Of a stretch of DNA of 64,000 nucleotides, positions 52,701 to 63,518 are shown one piece after another (position 1 is the stretch's first letter; each line of letters begins with the position of its first letter). The notes beneath the pieces are model-generated. The model had not been told where the DNA came from, did not search any database, and saw only the letters and a list, made by a program, of their open reading frames with translations. This DNA is from an uncultured bacterium (GTDB lineage: Bacteria > Verrucomicrobiota > Verrucomicrobiia > Limisphaerales > UBA8199), in contig CAVVMW010000014.1 of NCBI GenBank assembly GCA_963749495.1, forward strand, positions 128,001-192,000. The letters are read 5' to 3'. The position numbers and the translations under genes were made by a program.

Positions 52701-52798
52701 GGCAAACCCTAACCACCCTGACAGGTGATGGCACACGCAAGCAGGTCACCGACAGCATCGGGAACGCGCAACGGTTCTACCGCGTCAAGAGCCAGTAA
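49784..52798 (+). CDS. Secreted surface protein with three repeated beta-domains and TSP3-like Ca-binding repeats
   Basis: DTDGDGLSDGDE repeats; INDGDLTTHVD/FVDGGWFG three times; C-terminal QRFYRV. Confidence 0.8.
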   Translation: MKAQCTIRTRSLLAGLLVCAITGWPGLSRSQTTDIALQGVGLLGFQGAVDSTPGTLYFHVGSAVDINDGDLTTHVDNWSGGVRGTNGVSFVGIVWPTVRWESVSSVTVTMAAFVDGGWFGPNGQGPGAGGALTSDYLIPPVVQVCTNLVNTNYGVAWGLLPVNIGIAPTNGVEATSKWFTTNGNGIPVWSTVASTSDYMSGLTGQTIGGGANPNPQPLTFTITFNTPVTNITGIRVIGQNGGTADTYGFLGIFELDVEGKLIDTTGDGIADAWRVRYFGHPTAQAGDLSRATDDPDNDGLNNLQEFQAGTDPHNPDTDGDGLSDGDEVNTYFTNPVNPDTDGDGLSDGDEVNKYKTDPLKWDTDGDDLSDGQEVLVYGSDPLVLSTAGNGYSDGAMVQFGCFKPYVTPLNTNCVPDDLAISGTGILGVEDTTGVDTAIFNAGTANAINDGDLTTHVDNFPGGFTVGAPYSFVGILFSNTLTSTSGGSVSGLELTMATFVDGGWFGRPQVGPGGGGSLGWQQYVGYPYLAAPKVQTTADGGTTWSDVPSKTDYYVSFNAHSIGGGTNGNPDFCTATFFLPTPVTGINGIRILGTSGGTAGNGGFIGVSELVIHPFTDSDGDGIPDWWMRKYFGHPTGQTNDLSMASDDPDHDGLTNLQEYQNGTNPLKADTDGDGLSDGDEVNKYHTNPLSIDSDSDGLNDYQEVMVYHTDPLNPDTDGDLFPDGQEVKLGSDPNNAASVPADLALRSDASAILGTEDPTTGTDTLYYQAGVLANINDGDLTTHVDDWNNTGTDPWSYVGILWTNRSVTNPIVSLELDMAAFVDGGWFGVNNAGPGPGGVLSSNQYLIVPSVQASSDAGTTWTNVPFTSDYLSRLDGATIGGGTNPNPTRLTSTFTLTPPLTKINGIRLVGSEGGTASGGFLGVFEFEVLTHVAQPVKLLNVGAAAGQFRFEFDSQSGTVYVVQFKSLLTDPTWQTLTTLTGDGTRKQVTDSIGNAQRFYRVKSQ

Positions 52799-52875
52799 GG
52801 ACGCAGGGCTTGACCAGGCGAGCCGGGGCCTCCGTTCGGCCCCGGCTCCGTCCAGAGCGTGAGGTGCTGATAAGT

Positions 52876-53898
52876 ATGCGGCCTATGACACTCCGGGTGA
52901 TTGTCTCCTATCAAGTCGCCACCCGGCCGCTCAACGGAGACCTTTCCCGGTTCGCCCGCTTTCACGCCAAGTGGCATCGCGATGCCCTCTTGCCCGCCGA
53001 GCCCGAGCGCCGGATCGATTGGCCCATTCTCAAGACTCAAGGCCCGGGCCGCTTCGTGGGCGTCATGCTCCACGTGTGGAACCCGCGCGGCGGCTGGTGG
53101 GGCGAAGGCGACGAGAAATTCTTCGTCGACGGCGAGAAGTTTCCCTCGACCTTCGGCACCGGTTCCGAGGACTACTTCGGCTATGCCTGGTGCAATCCCA
53201 CGCTCTTCCAAAACGCCTACCATAACCAGACCCACAACGACGGCAACAACAAGGGCCACGTCTCTGTCAACCGCTGGCACATCACCGACTCCGTGCCGTT
53301 CCAAAAGTCCTTCGAGGGCTGCATCGAAAAATACTACGCCAACCAGCGTCCCACTCTCTACGCCGCGGTGGCCTATCGGTACCAGGCGCCCGGCGGCAAG
53401 GACCCCTATCGCGAGCTGCCGTTGAGTGATCGGGCCGGATATTGGACCGCGGTCCAAGCCGTCAAGATTCCGGGTGTGCTCGAGGGCGAGCAACTCAAGG
53501 TCCTGGCCAAGACCGGCGGCGATCTCCAGGAGCAGGACATGGGCGGCTTTGACGGCCAGTGGAGCAACGACGCGCACCTGTGGTGGACGGGCGCCAAGCC
53601 GGGCGACAGGCTCGAATTGGCGCTGCCGGTCAGCAAAACCGGCCGGTTCCGCCTGAGCCTCCAACTTACCAAAGCCCCGGACTATGCTATCGTCCAACTC
53701 TATCTCGACGGCCAAAAAATGGGCGAGGCGATCGACCTTTACCATGCCTCGGTTGTGCCCACCGGCCCGTTGGCCCTCGGCGCGCGCGACCTGGCCGCCG
53801 GCCAACACAAGCTGACCCTTGAAATCGTCGGCGCCAACCCCAAAGCCATCAAAAGTTACATGGCCGGCCTGGACTACGTGAAGCTGGACCCGGAGTGA
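52876..53898 (+). CDS. DUF2961/GH172-like protein, apparently N-terminally truncated
   Basis: WWGEGDEKFFVDGE.FPS..GTGSEDYFG.AW, RWHITD. Confidence 0.7.
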   Translation: MRPMTLRVIVSYQVATRPLNGDLSRFARFHAKWHRDALLPAEPERRIDWPILKTQGPGRFVGVMLHVWNPRGGWWGEGDEKFFVDGEKFPSTFGTGSEDYFGYAWCNPTLFQNAYHNQTHNDGNNKGHVSVNRWHITDSVPFQKSFEGCIEKYYANQRPTLYAAVAYRYQAPGGKDPYRELPLSDRAGYWTAVQAVKIPGVLEGEQLKVLAKTGGDLQEQDMGGFDGQWSNDAHLWWTGAKPGDRLELALPVSKTGRFRLSLQLTKAPDYAIVQLYLDGQKMGEAIDLYHASVVPTGPLALGARDLAAGQHKLTLEIVGANPKAIKSYMAGLDYVKLDPE

Positions 53899-53969
53899 AG
53901 CGCACAACGGGGATGTTTAGCGACACACCCGGAACATAACCCTTGCAAATCAAAACGACTGATCTTACC

Positions 53970-54815
53970 ATGAGCGACGTTATGAAGATCCCGTCTGCCG
54001 CAAAGGGCAACCACGCGGTGCACACCCTCGCATTTACCCTCATTGAACTGCTGGTGGTCATCGCCATCATCGCGATTCTCGCCGCGATGCTCCTGCCGGC
54101 CCTGGCCCGCGCCAAGGCCAAGGCAGACCGCACGGCGTGCCTGAGCAATTTCAAGCAGATCAATCTGCTCATGCAATACTATACCGACGACAACAGCGAC
54201 ACCTTCCCCGCGCACCGGAACTCAGGGCTCAACACGGACAATGCGGCTTTCTCACTGACCAACTGGTGGGGGGCCACAATCGTCGGCTATAAGACCAACC
54301 TCGCCAATCTTTTCCATGACCCCGCCATCAAGGGCAAGCGCCTTGATGACGGGACCACCTGGCAATGGGCTTTCGACTGCAACAATGTCGGCTATGGGTA
54401 CAATGGGTTCTTCCTCGGACATCATCCGTACGGCGCCTATGACATCACCGTGGCCGGCATCAGGTTCACCGGCCCCGAAACTTTCAAGCGGGCCGCGGTG
54501 CGCAGGCCCTCGGATAGCCTGGTCGTCGGGGACAAGGAGCCTTACGGCGGTTCCGTGCCGGCCTGGGGGAGCAGCCTCTGGTGGGAGTCATCTTGCATGG
54601 ACCCCAACGTTGTGAAGTTCAGCTCATTTCCGACCTACGAGGGCATCGAGCCCAAGCGCCACCTCGGCCAGGGCGCCGTCGCCTTCAACGATGGGCATGC
54701 CGAAACCCGGAGAAGCGAGAAAATCAACCCGCCCGCCAACCCGGCGGATGGGAGTGCCAAGGCGCTGATCAATTCGCGATACTGGGATCCCCTCCAGCGC
54801 GCTGGCTCGCAGTGA
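53970..54815 (+). CDS. Prepilin-type N-terminal cleavage protein with H-X9-DG motif (DUF1559-like)
   Basis: [39 protein letters not shown]. Confidence 0.9.
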   Translation: MSDVMKIPSAAKGNHAVHTLAFTLIELLVVIAIIAILAAMLLPALARAKAKADRTACLSNFKQINLLMQYYTDDNSDTFPAHRNSGLNTDNAAFSLTNWWGATIVGYKTNLANLFHDPAIKGKRLDDGTTWQWAFDCNNVGYGYNGFFLGHHPYGAYDITVAGIRFTGPETFKRAAVRRPSDSLVVGDKEPYGGSVPAWGSSLWWESSCMDPNVVKFSSFPTYEGIEPKRHLGQGAVAFNDGHAETRRSEKINPPANPADGSAKALINSRYWDPLQRAGSQ

Positions 54816-55212
54816 GGCTCGAACCCCGTATCCGGTGTGCTGCCACCTCACCGAATCTGAGCAACAAGACCCCTCCTGTGGCGCAATGCGCCGAGTCGGC
54901 CCCGGCTTGGGGCGCCCCTTCGCAGGGGCTCTCCACCCGGGCATTCACTCTGATCACACTTCTGGGACCCTGGGCAGCATTCACCGCTCTAATCAGAGCC
55001 CGTCCCAAAAGCTCTGATTCCGGACCTTTGTCGGAGCCTTTGTCGGCACCTTTGTCGAGAAATGGCCAATCCGACAAAGGTTTCGACAAAGGCTGCGACA
55101 AAGGTCCCCCAGTCGCGGAGTTTTTGCGACAGCGGTGGTACCAGATGCGCCCGCCCCGGCTTCTTTTCCTGCAGGTGCGATTAAAAGCGTCGGGCATGCG
55201 CCTCGGCAGTTT

Positions 55213-55390
55213 TGTCCCGGAGGGACATCTGACAATAGCCCGGCGTTTCAACGCCGGGGAGGCCACAAAAGGGACCCTCGTCCCGAAGGGACGATTGAGA
55301 ACACTCCTTGCTTTCAGCCGTCCCTTCGGGACGGACCTGCTCCTTGGGTCCGCTCACCCGGCGTTGAAACGCCGGGCTATTGTCGGAAGC
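55213..55390. repeat. Palindromic REP/MITE
   Basis: gacaatagcccggcgtttcaacgccggg ... cccggcgttgaaacgccgggctattgtc; gtcccgaagggac pair. Confidence 0.8.
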
Positions 55391-55513
55391 CCCGTCGGGG
55401 CAAAAAGGCGCCATGGGCTGACCGACACTTCGAATCACACCCCTTTTCCCGAAGCCGAATTGACTTGGGCGGTGTGCGCAGATACGCTGTTGGCGATTAG
55501 TGGATTTACGCAC

Positions 55514-56242
55514 ATGATCCAAACCATCGAGAAACTGCTGATCCTGCAAGAGCGGGACCGGCAGATCCGGAGCATCGAGGGCGAGTTGGGCCATATCGGG
55601 CCGGAGCAACAGATGCTCCAGGCCAGGGCCGCCTCAGCCCAGGCGGACCTGGACAGCGCCCGGGGCCGGTTGCGGCACATTGGGACCTCGCGCGACGGCC
55701 TCGAGTTGGAGATCAAAGCCAAGAAGGACCTCATCGCCAAATACAGCCTCCAGCAGTTCCAGACCCGCAAGAACGAGGAGTACCGCGCCCTGACGCACGA
55801 AATCGAGACCTGCAAGAAGGCCATCTTCGAGATCGAAGATCAGCAAATCGCCCTCATGGAGCAGGACGAGGCGGTGCAAAAGGAGATAGCCCGGGCCACA
55901 CACGCCGCGGCACAGACCAGCAAGCTGGTGGCCGAGCAACTCGCCCAATTGAGCGCGCGGCAGCACAGCCTGGCCGGGGAACTGGCCCGACTGAGGGCCA
56001 ACCGCGAGGACCTGGCCATGGCCGTCGGCGAGGCCGCCCGCGCCCGCTACGAGCGCCTGCTCCGCAGCAAGGGCCAGAACGTCATCGTCGGCGTCGAGCA
56101 CGGCGTCTGTGGCGGCTGCCACATGCGCCTGCCCCCACAATTGCTGGTCCTCTGCCAGGCCGAAAAAGACATCATCACCTGCAGCAACTGCGGCCGCGTC
56201 CTCTATTACACCGCCGACATGGACTTGGCCGCCGCCGATTGA
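55514..56242 (+). CDS. Coiled-coil C4 zinc-ribbon protein (DUF164/CT398-like)
   Basis: LLILQERD, NEEYRALTHEI, CGGCHM...CSNCGRVLY. Confidence 0.88.
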   Translation: MIQTIEKLLILQERDRQIRSIEGELGHIGPEQQMLQARAASAQADLDSARGRLRHIGTSRDGLELEIKAKKDLIAKYSLQQFQTRKNEEYRALTHEIETCKKAIFEIEDQQIALMEQDEAVQKEIARATHAAAQTSKLVAEQLAQLSARQHSLAGELARLRANREDLAMAVGEAARARYERLLRSKGQNVIVGVEHGVCGGCHMRLPPQLLVLCQAEKDIITCSNCGRVLYYTADMDLAAAD

Positions 56243-56261
56243 CTCCCCTGACCAATACGCT

Positions 56262-57137
56262 ATGACTCTCCCAATCTCCCGGCGCCGGTTTCTGGCCCGC
56301 GCAACGGCCGGCTCGCTCCTGCCGGCTCTGTCTCGTCCGTTGAACCTCCTCCACGCTGCCGCCGCCCAGGCCCAGTCCCCCGTGACGGATTTCCACGTGC
56401 ACCTGGACAACAGCACGATCGAGAAGGTGCTCGAACTGTCCAGCGAACGCGGGGTCAAGTTCGGCATCGTTGAGCACGCCGGCACGCGGGAGAACAAGTA
56501 CCCGAAGATCCTCAGCAACGATGAGGAGTTGAAGGGCTACCTGGCGATGCTGGAGGGCAAGCCGGTCTTCAAGGGCGTTCAGGCCGAGTGGGTTGATTGG
56601 ATGGGGTGCTTCTCGCCCGAGGCGCTCGCCCAATTGGACTATGTGCTCACCGACGCCATGACTTTCCCCGGCAAGGACGGGCGGCGAGTCAAGCTGTGGG
56701 AGGCGGATGCCGCCCAGCGCGTGGACCTGCAGGACAAGGAGGCCTTTATGGACCGGTTCGTGGACTGGCATGTCGAAGTCATGGCACGCGAGCCCATCGA
56801 TATCCTGGCCAACACCACCTGGCTGCCCGCCGCCCTGGCCGGCCAGTGGGAAACCTATTGGACGCCGCCGCGCTCGCAAAAGGTGATCGATGCCGCCATC
56901 AAGCACGGCGTCGCCCTGGAAATCAGCTCCAGCTACAAGCTGCCCAGGCTGCCGTTCCTCAAGCTCGCCAAAGCCGCCGGCGCCAAATTCTCTTTCGGCT
57001 CGAACGGCCGCTACCCGAACATGGGCAAGCTCGAGCACTGCCTCCAGATGGCCAAGGAACTCGACCTCAAGCCCGCCGACATGTTCGCCCCCGCCCCGAA
57101 TGGCCGCAAAGCCGTTCAACGGCGGCGGGGCCATTGA
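56262..57137 (+). CDS. Tat-exported PHP-family metallohydrolase-like protein
   Basis: SRRRFL twin-arginine motif; DFHVH, GIVEH, ALEISS, FSFGSN. Confidence 0.7.
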   Translation: MTLPISRRRFLARATAGSLLPALSRPLNLLHAAAAQAQSPVTDFHVHLDNSTIEKVLELSSERGVKFGIVEHAGTRENKYPKILSNDEELKGYLAMLEGKPVFKGVQAEWVDWMGCFSPEALAQLDYVLTDAMTFPGKDGRRVKLWEADAAQRVDLQDKEAFMDRFVDWHVEVMAREPIDILANTTWLPAALAGQWETYWTPPRSQKVIDAAIKHGVALEISSSYKLPRLPFLKLAKAAGAKFSFGSNGRYPNMGKLEHCLQMAKELDLKPADMFAPAPNGRKAVQRRRGH

Positions 57138-57330
57138 CAAAGCCGCTCGGTGCGCCGGTGCGCCGGGGGCGCCAGCGTAGCGCAGGTTTCCAAACCTGCT
57201 GTGGCGCGGGTTTCCAAACCCGCAGCCCGTCCGCAAACCGGGCGCGCTCGAAATGCCGACGCCCTGCCGATTTGGAAATCGGCGATACGGCAGGTTTGGA
57301 AACCTGCGCTACGACTTTGTTCACGGCCCT
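57132..57330. repeat. Intact (empty-site) copy of the REP targeted by the recombinase element
   Basis: Four palindromes: gcaggtttccaaacctgc, gcgggtttccaaacccgc, gccgatttggaaatcggc, gcaggtttggaaacctgc. Confidence 0.9.
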
Positions 57331-57396
57331 GCCAAAGGCGGTGAGTCAATCCACTTTAGGTTTGCCCGGGGCTTGCTGGCGGCGTATTAGTTAGGT

Positions 57397-60300
57397 GTGA
57401 AAGTTGGTAGCCTGTTTCGAGCGTGCTGCGGCCTGTTCGTAGCGTCCATACTCCTGTTTACCCTGACGGCTTCCGGCCAAACCAAGGCCATCCGCCTCCG
57501 CACCGGGGCCATCGTGACCTGGCCCGCGACCAACGCGGGGCCCAGGGCGCAGGCCCTGATGGCGCAACCTCCGGCCAGCGGGCTGTTCCTGGTGCAGTTC
57601 GAGGGCCCGGTCGAGCCGGCCTGGCGCGCCCAGCTTGCCTCCAAGGGCGTCCAGTTGCTCAAGTACATCCCCGATGACGCGTTCATCGCCAGGTTCAACG
57701 CCGTCTCTGCCGATCAAGTCAGCGCGTTGGGATTCGTGCGCTGGGTCGGGTCCTATCGGCCCGAGTATAAAGTCCATCCCCGCCTGGGCGTGGCGGCGCG
57801 CCAGGCGCTGGTGGCCGGCCAGGATGTGGAGGTGAGCGTCCTGGTAGCCGCGGGTGCGGCGGACTCGGAAATCGGCCAGGTCCGCTCGCTCTTTTCGTCA
57901 GTCATCCACCAGAGCCGGCTGCGGCAGGGGACATACGTGCGCGGGTGGCTGCCGGCCGGCGCAGTGCAGGCGCTGGCCCGATCCGAGGCCGTGCTCTGGC
58001 TGGAGCGGGCGCCCCGGCGCAAGCTCGTTGATGAGGCCGCCTCGAAGCTCGTCGGTGGGGACGATGCCAGGGTGGCCACGCCCACGGTGACCCAGCAGCT
58101 TGGCTTCGGCGGGGCAGGGGTGACGGTTTGTGTGGCCGACACGGGGTTGGATAGCGGCGACACCAACACGATGCACCTGGACGTTCGCGGGCGGGTGAGC
58201 GGCTTTGTCGTCTATCCCCCATTGACGGACGGGTCGGATGGGTACGGCCACGGCACGCACTGCGCAGGCATCATCGCCGGCAACGCCCTCACGGGCGAGA
58301 CCGACCCGGACACCGGCGCTTGGTACGGCTTGGGCGTCGCCTCGACCGCCAATCTCCTTGTAGAACGCCTTTTTGATGAGAATGCCGCCGAGGTCAGCCC
58401 CCCGCCCAGCGATGCCGACCTCGCCCGCGATGCCGTCCGCAACGGCGCCCAAATCGGCTCCAACAGTTGGGGCAACGACGTTCAGGGCGAATATGATTCG
58501 GACGCCGCCCAGTTTGACGAATTGGTGCGTGACGCCGACCCTGCGACGCCCGGGGACCAGCCTTACATCCTGGAGTTCGCCGCCGGCAACGCCGGGCCTG
58601 ATTCCCAGACCCTCGACAGCCCGGCCACGGGCAAGAACGTCCTGGCCACCGGCGCCTCGGAGAATGTGGCGGGAACCCTGGCCATGACTTACGGCCTCTA
58701 TGCCGACGGTCCGGACACGATGGCCGACTTTTCGAGCCGGGGCCCCTGCGAGGATGGGCGCATCAAACCCGACGTGGTGGCGCCGGGCACTTGGATAGCC
58801 TCGATGGCCTCGTCCGCCGCGCCGGACGAGGCCGCCATTTCCTGGACGGCCATTGACAACCTCTATGTTTATATGGGCGGCACGAGCATGTCCGGACCGC
58901 ACGCCGCCGGGGCGGCCGCGGTCTTCGTCCAATACTACAAGAGCTTCCACGGCGGGGCAGTGCCTTCCCCGGCCCTGGTCAAGGCGGCGCTCATCAATTC
59001 GGCCGATGAGCTGGACCAGGCCAACGGCGGCCCTGGCCCGGTGCCCAACAATGACGAAGGCTGGGGCCGCATCGCCTTGACCAATATCATCGTCACCAAT
59101 GTCAGCACGGCAGCGCGCTACTATGACTATGTGGACCAATCGGTGCTGCTGACCAATGGCCAGGTCTATTCCCGCCACGCGCTGGTCCAGGGGTCGGGCC
59201 AGCCGCTCAAGATCACCCTGGCCTACACCGATGTGCCGGGCTTCCCCGGGGCCATTCCCGCCCTGGTCAACGACCTGGATCTGGAGGTGCTCGGCCCGGA
59301 CGGGACCCTCTATCGCGGCAACCAGTTCGCCGCCGGCCAATCGGTCCCCAACGCCCCCTCCCCGGACAACCTCAACAACGTCGAGGGCGTGTGCCTGGCC
59401 CAGCCCCTGCCGGGCGATTACCTGGTCCGCGTGCGCGCCCGCAATGTCGTCGAGGACGCCCGCCTCGATACCGCGCTCGTCGACCAGGATTTCGCCCTGG
59501 TTATCTCCGGCAACATCGTCCGGCCCGGCTCGGGCATGGTCCTGCTGGACCGTTCGAGCTACACCGCCCCCGGCCTGATCGGGTTGCAGGTGCTGGACCC
59601 CGCCCGGGCAGCCAGCAACTCCGTGAGCGTGGTGCTCAAGAGCACGACTGAGCCCGCCGGCGAGACCATCACACTGCGCGCCTCCGGCAGCTACGGCTCG
59701 TTCACCGGAACCGTCGCCACCGTGGCGGGCCCCCGCCGCAGACGGCAAGCTTGAGATCCATGACGGCGACGCGATCGAAGCCGACTACATTGACAGCTCC
59801 GGCACCAAGCGCGCGGCCACGGCAGTGGCGGAGTTAGTCCCGCCGTCGCTCAGCGGTGTGGCGGTTTCGGTTGACCTGGGCATCGTCACTATTACCTGGC
59901 AGAGCAGCGACCCGGCCAATTCGGCTGTCTATTACAGCACCAACCACACGTTCAACCTGGCGGCCACCGACAACACCCTGACGACCTCGCACGCCGTCCC
60001 GTTGACCGGCCTGGTTGCCGGCAAGACCTATTATTTCTTCGTTGCCTCCGCCGACGCGGCCGGCAACACTGCCACCAACAACAACGCCGGGGCTTGGTTC
60101 ACCTTCGTAGGCGTGCAGACGCCCGCCGTCCTCCTGGTGGATGACTACGACGCTGCGGGCGAGGCGGACAGCGGCTCTACCGTCATTGACGATGGCGCCT
60201 ACACTAATGCCCTGGCGGCCAGCGGGTTCAGCTTCAGCTTCTGGGTGGTCGCCCAGCGCGGCTACCCCCAGCTCTCCGACCTGCGCCCGTTCCCCGCTGT

Positions 60301-62621
60301 CATCTGGCGCACGACCGATGACATCGTGAACTACATGGGGACCAACAACACAATCAACCCCCAGGAACAGGCCATCATCCAGGACTACCTCAACGCGGGC
60401 GGCTCCTTCTTCATGGCCTCGATGGGCATCCTCAGCCAGTTGGGCAACGTGCCCTTCCGCCGGGCTGTCCTCCAGGTGGGCGGTTTCAAGCTCAATCCGG
60501 ACCCGCCTTCCCCTTGCACGGATTGCGACGAGGATTTCGGCGTGCCGTCCGTCCTGGGCGCGCCGGGCGACCCCGTCACCGGCGCCATGAGCATCGTGCT
60601 CGATTACGCCAATTACCCGTCGTTCAATCTCGACTTCGGCTTGGGCGACTCCACGGTTTACGGGCCGGATTTCTCGGATACCTTCACCCCCACCACTAAT
60701 GCCACGCCCATATTCTTCGAAACGGTCTCTGGAAAACCCTGCGGCGTCCGCTACCCCCGCATCGGCCTGGACAGCCCCGGCCGCGTGGTCTTCCTCTCGT
60801 TCCCCTTGGACGCCATCCCGGCCGCCGGCGCCGCGCCCGACAATGAAACCGTCCTGCTGCGCAACGCCCTCAATTTCCTGTTGCCCGGCGCCAACGGCGC
60901 CGGCTCCATCGCCCTCGAACACAACCTCTATTCCATCCCCGACCAGGTCGTGGTCGAGGTGGGCGACTCCGACCTGGCCGGGACCGGCTCCGCCCAGGTC
61001 AGCTTCTCGACCAGTTCATCCACCAACCGGGCCACGGTGACCGTGAGCGAAACGACGCGCCCCGGCTTGTTCCGGGGCTACCTGGTGCTGGTGGCCACCA
61101 ATTCGCCCGCCGTGACCAACCGGTTGGCCGTGCGCAACGGCGACACGATCACCGCCGCCTATTTCGACGCCTCGAACAACCGAAGCGTTATCGCGACGGC
61201 CCAAATCAATACCGTGCCGCCCGTCATTAGCCAGGTCGGCGCCGTCACCCATTATGGGGACGCCCTGGTCAGTTGGACCACCTCCAAGCCGGCCGATTCC
61301 CTCGTGCAGTACGGGGCGTCCATCCCGCTCGACCGCACGGCCTACTCGGCAAACTCGGTCACCAACCATGCCGTCTCGGTCACGGGCCTGCTCCCCAACC
61401 ACCTCTATCACTACCAGGTCGTCAGCCGCGATGACGCGGGCAACACCGCGCTCGATGATAACCAGGGCGCCTTTTACACCTTGACCACCCTCAAGGCGCC
61501 GCGCCCGCCCTGGTCGGACGACCTGGAGACCGGCGCCCCCGGTTGGACCGTCCTGCCCGACCCCATGGGCACCGAGGTCAATTGGACACTCGGCACCCCC
61601 AACAATGGTCTCCAGACCCAAGCCCATTCCGGCACCAATTGCTGGGGCAGCAATCTCTACGGACAGCCCGTCAGTCTGCTGGCCGCCAGCCTCTTGATTA
61701 GCCCCATCATCGATCTCTCCGGGTTTAGCCAGGCAACCCTCACCTTCTGGGATTGTTTCGATTTCAGCGGCGGAACTCGAGGAAGGCCAGGTCATGATCA
61801 GCACCAACTCCTCCGCCGACGCCGCTGCGCTCGTGAACCTGCCCGCATTGTTTGACTTCAGCGGCCTCTCGGCCACGGACTGGCAGCAGGAGACCCTCGA
61901 CCTGACCCCTTACGTCGGACAAAGCATCCAGGTGGTCTGGTATTACATCGGCGTTGCCATCGGCACCACCGTCCAGGGGTGGCTGGTCAATGATGTCGCC
62001 ATCACCGGCCTGGCCTTCGGACAAGGAGGCACTCTGATGGTGGCGAAGAACCTCGCCCAGGGAACCTACAACATTACCGGCCCGGCCAACTACTCCGGTT
62101 CCTATATCCTGACCACCATCACTAACGCCCCCCCCGGCCAGTACACCGTCGATTTCACCGATGTCGCCTTCTATCAAACCCCGCCCCCTCAAACCAACAC
62201 CCTGGCCAGCGGTGACACCATCACCTTTGCGGGCAATTACTCCTTCATCGATGTAAACCAAAATGGGATTTCTGACGCGTGGGAAAAGTACTACTTTGGC
62301 GTGGTGTCCACGAATCGAACGCAGCACACGGACACCGATGGCAACGGGATGTCGGACTACGCCAAGTTCGTGGCCCGCATCAACCCGACCAACCCGGCCT
62401 CCAAGTTCATCATCCTCTCGGCCGCGCTGGCTACCAACCAGCTCCTTCGGCTCGAATGGTCCACGATTCCACCCCGGATCTACCAGGTCCAGGCCTCCAC
62501 GGACCTCAAGACCTGGACCCCGGTCAGTGACTGGCTCCAGGCCTCGGTCAGTCCCATGTCGTACACCGTCACCAACTCCGCCAGTCGCTCCCAGTCCTAC
62601 CGCATCCAGGTCCAGCCGTGA
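57397..62621 (+). CDS. Large secreted S8 subtilisin-like protease with FN3-like and other C-terminal domains (frameshifts near 59735 and 61775)
   Basis: VADTGLD, GHGTHCAG, AAGN, KPDVVAPG, GTSMSGP; continues in 59825-61855 and 61794-62621. Confidence 0.88.
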
Positions 62622-62625
62622 AGCC

Positions 62626-62966
62626 GGGGACGAGGGTCGAGGGGCGAGGGGCGAGGGAGTGCAGGGGGATTACCCGCCTGACGCGTCGGACGTGTCCGAC
62701 CGGTCGGACATGTGCCCGTGCGAAGAGGGGCCGCCTCTCGGCTATTGGCTCTCGGCTCTCGGCTATTGGCTATCGGCCCAAGCATGACCTGTACAGAAGG
62801 ATCACCCCTCGCCCCTCGCCCCTCGTCCCTCGCCCTCGTCCCTCGCCCCTCGTCCCTCGCCCTCGTCCCTCGCCCTCGTCCCTCGCCCCTCGTCCCTCGC
62901 CCTCGTCCCTCGCCCCTCGTCCCTCGCCCCTCGTCCCTCGTCCCTCGTCCCTCGTCCCTCGTCCCC
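62626..62966. repeat. Inverted (CGAGGGG)n / (CCCTCGY)n arrays enclosing a (GGCTMTY)n heptamer array
   Basis: Read directly; same family lies in frame at about 11990-12055. Confidence 0.85.
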
Positions 62967-63069
62967 CGCCTAAAGCCGCGCCCGGTTCTGCCGATACATT
63001 GTCCAGGGCGGGGCTGCGCTGCCTCCTGCACGAGACTGCCCGGCCAAAACCAGGTGATAGCGCGCAGAC

Positions 63070-63447
63070 ATGCCATACGTTAAACTTGAATCGCTGCAGG
63101 AAGGGATGATCGTCTTGGACAACGTCCGGAACCTGGACAACATGCTCCTGATTCCAGCCGGGTGCGCCCTGAGCGAGCGGCACATCAACATCCTGAACGC
63201 ATGGGGCGTTGCGGAAATCCAGGTCCAGGAGTGCGGGGACGCCGAGGACTCGGCAGCCGGCCTTGAGCAATTGCCGGCAGAGGCACTCGAGCAACTCACC
63301 CGCGAGTTGCAGGCGCTCTTTTGGGAACCGCCTGAACAGTCGCCGGTGCAGCAGGAAATCTTCAACCTGGTCCTGCGCCGCCGGGTCAAACTGGCCTTGC
63401 GGGGCTGCCCTGCAAACGGTGTTTCAACCACCGGCGAACACGGATAG
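63070..63447 (+). CDS. Hypothetical protein upstream of the HDOD gene
   Basis: LESLQEGMIVLDNV...LLIPAGCALSERHI..L..WGV. Confidence 0.7.
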   Translation: MPYVKLESLQEGMIVLDNVRNLDNMLLIPAGCALSERHINILNAWGVAEIQVQECGDAEDSAAGLEQLPAEALEQLTRELQALFWEPPEQSPVQQEIFNLVLRRRVKLALRGCPANGVSTTGEHG

Positions 63448-63518
63448 AAAGGCACCTGTGAGAGCCACCACAAAAAGGCGGCCCATGTTGCAGGACAACT
63501 TGGGGACGGCGCAGTAAC

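Noticed and set aside
54581..55513. N-terminal extension of the zinc-ribbon ORF (553 aa)
   Set aside because: Read-through of REP and repeat DNA; the recognisable protein begins at ATG 55514.
233..60922. Long antisense or overlapping ORFs (e.g. 233-2569, 15295-16797, 35361-37355, 41536-43056, 47319-49448, 57898-59748)
   Set aside because: Shadow frames of real genes in GC-rich DNA, with no recognisable motifs.
2724..62621. Frameshifts in dapF, rhs, the XRE gene, two glycosidases, the response regulator, the oxidoreductase and the S8 protease, considered as programmed frameshifting or pseudogenisation
   Set aside because: They are isolated single-base shifts, including in a normally essential gene, with no other decay. 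Long-read indel error is the simplest explanation, though reads are needed to confirm.
62597..63109. RGTRDEG / PRPSSL repeat proteins
   Set aside because: Translations of the intergenic heptamer array.
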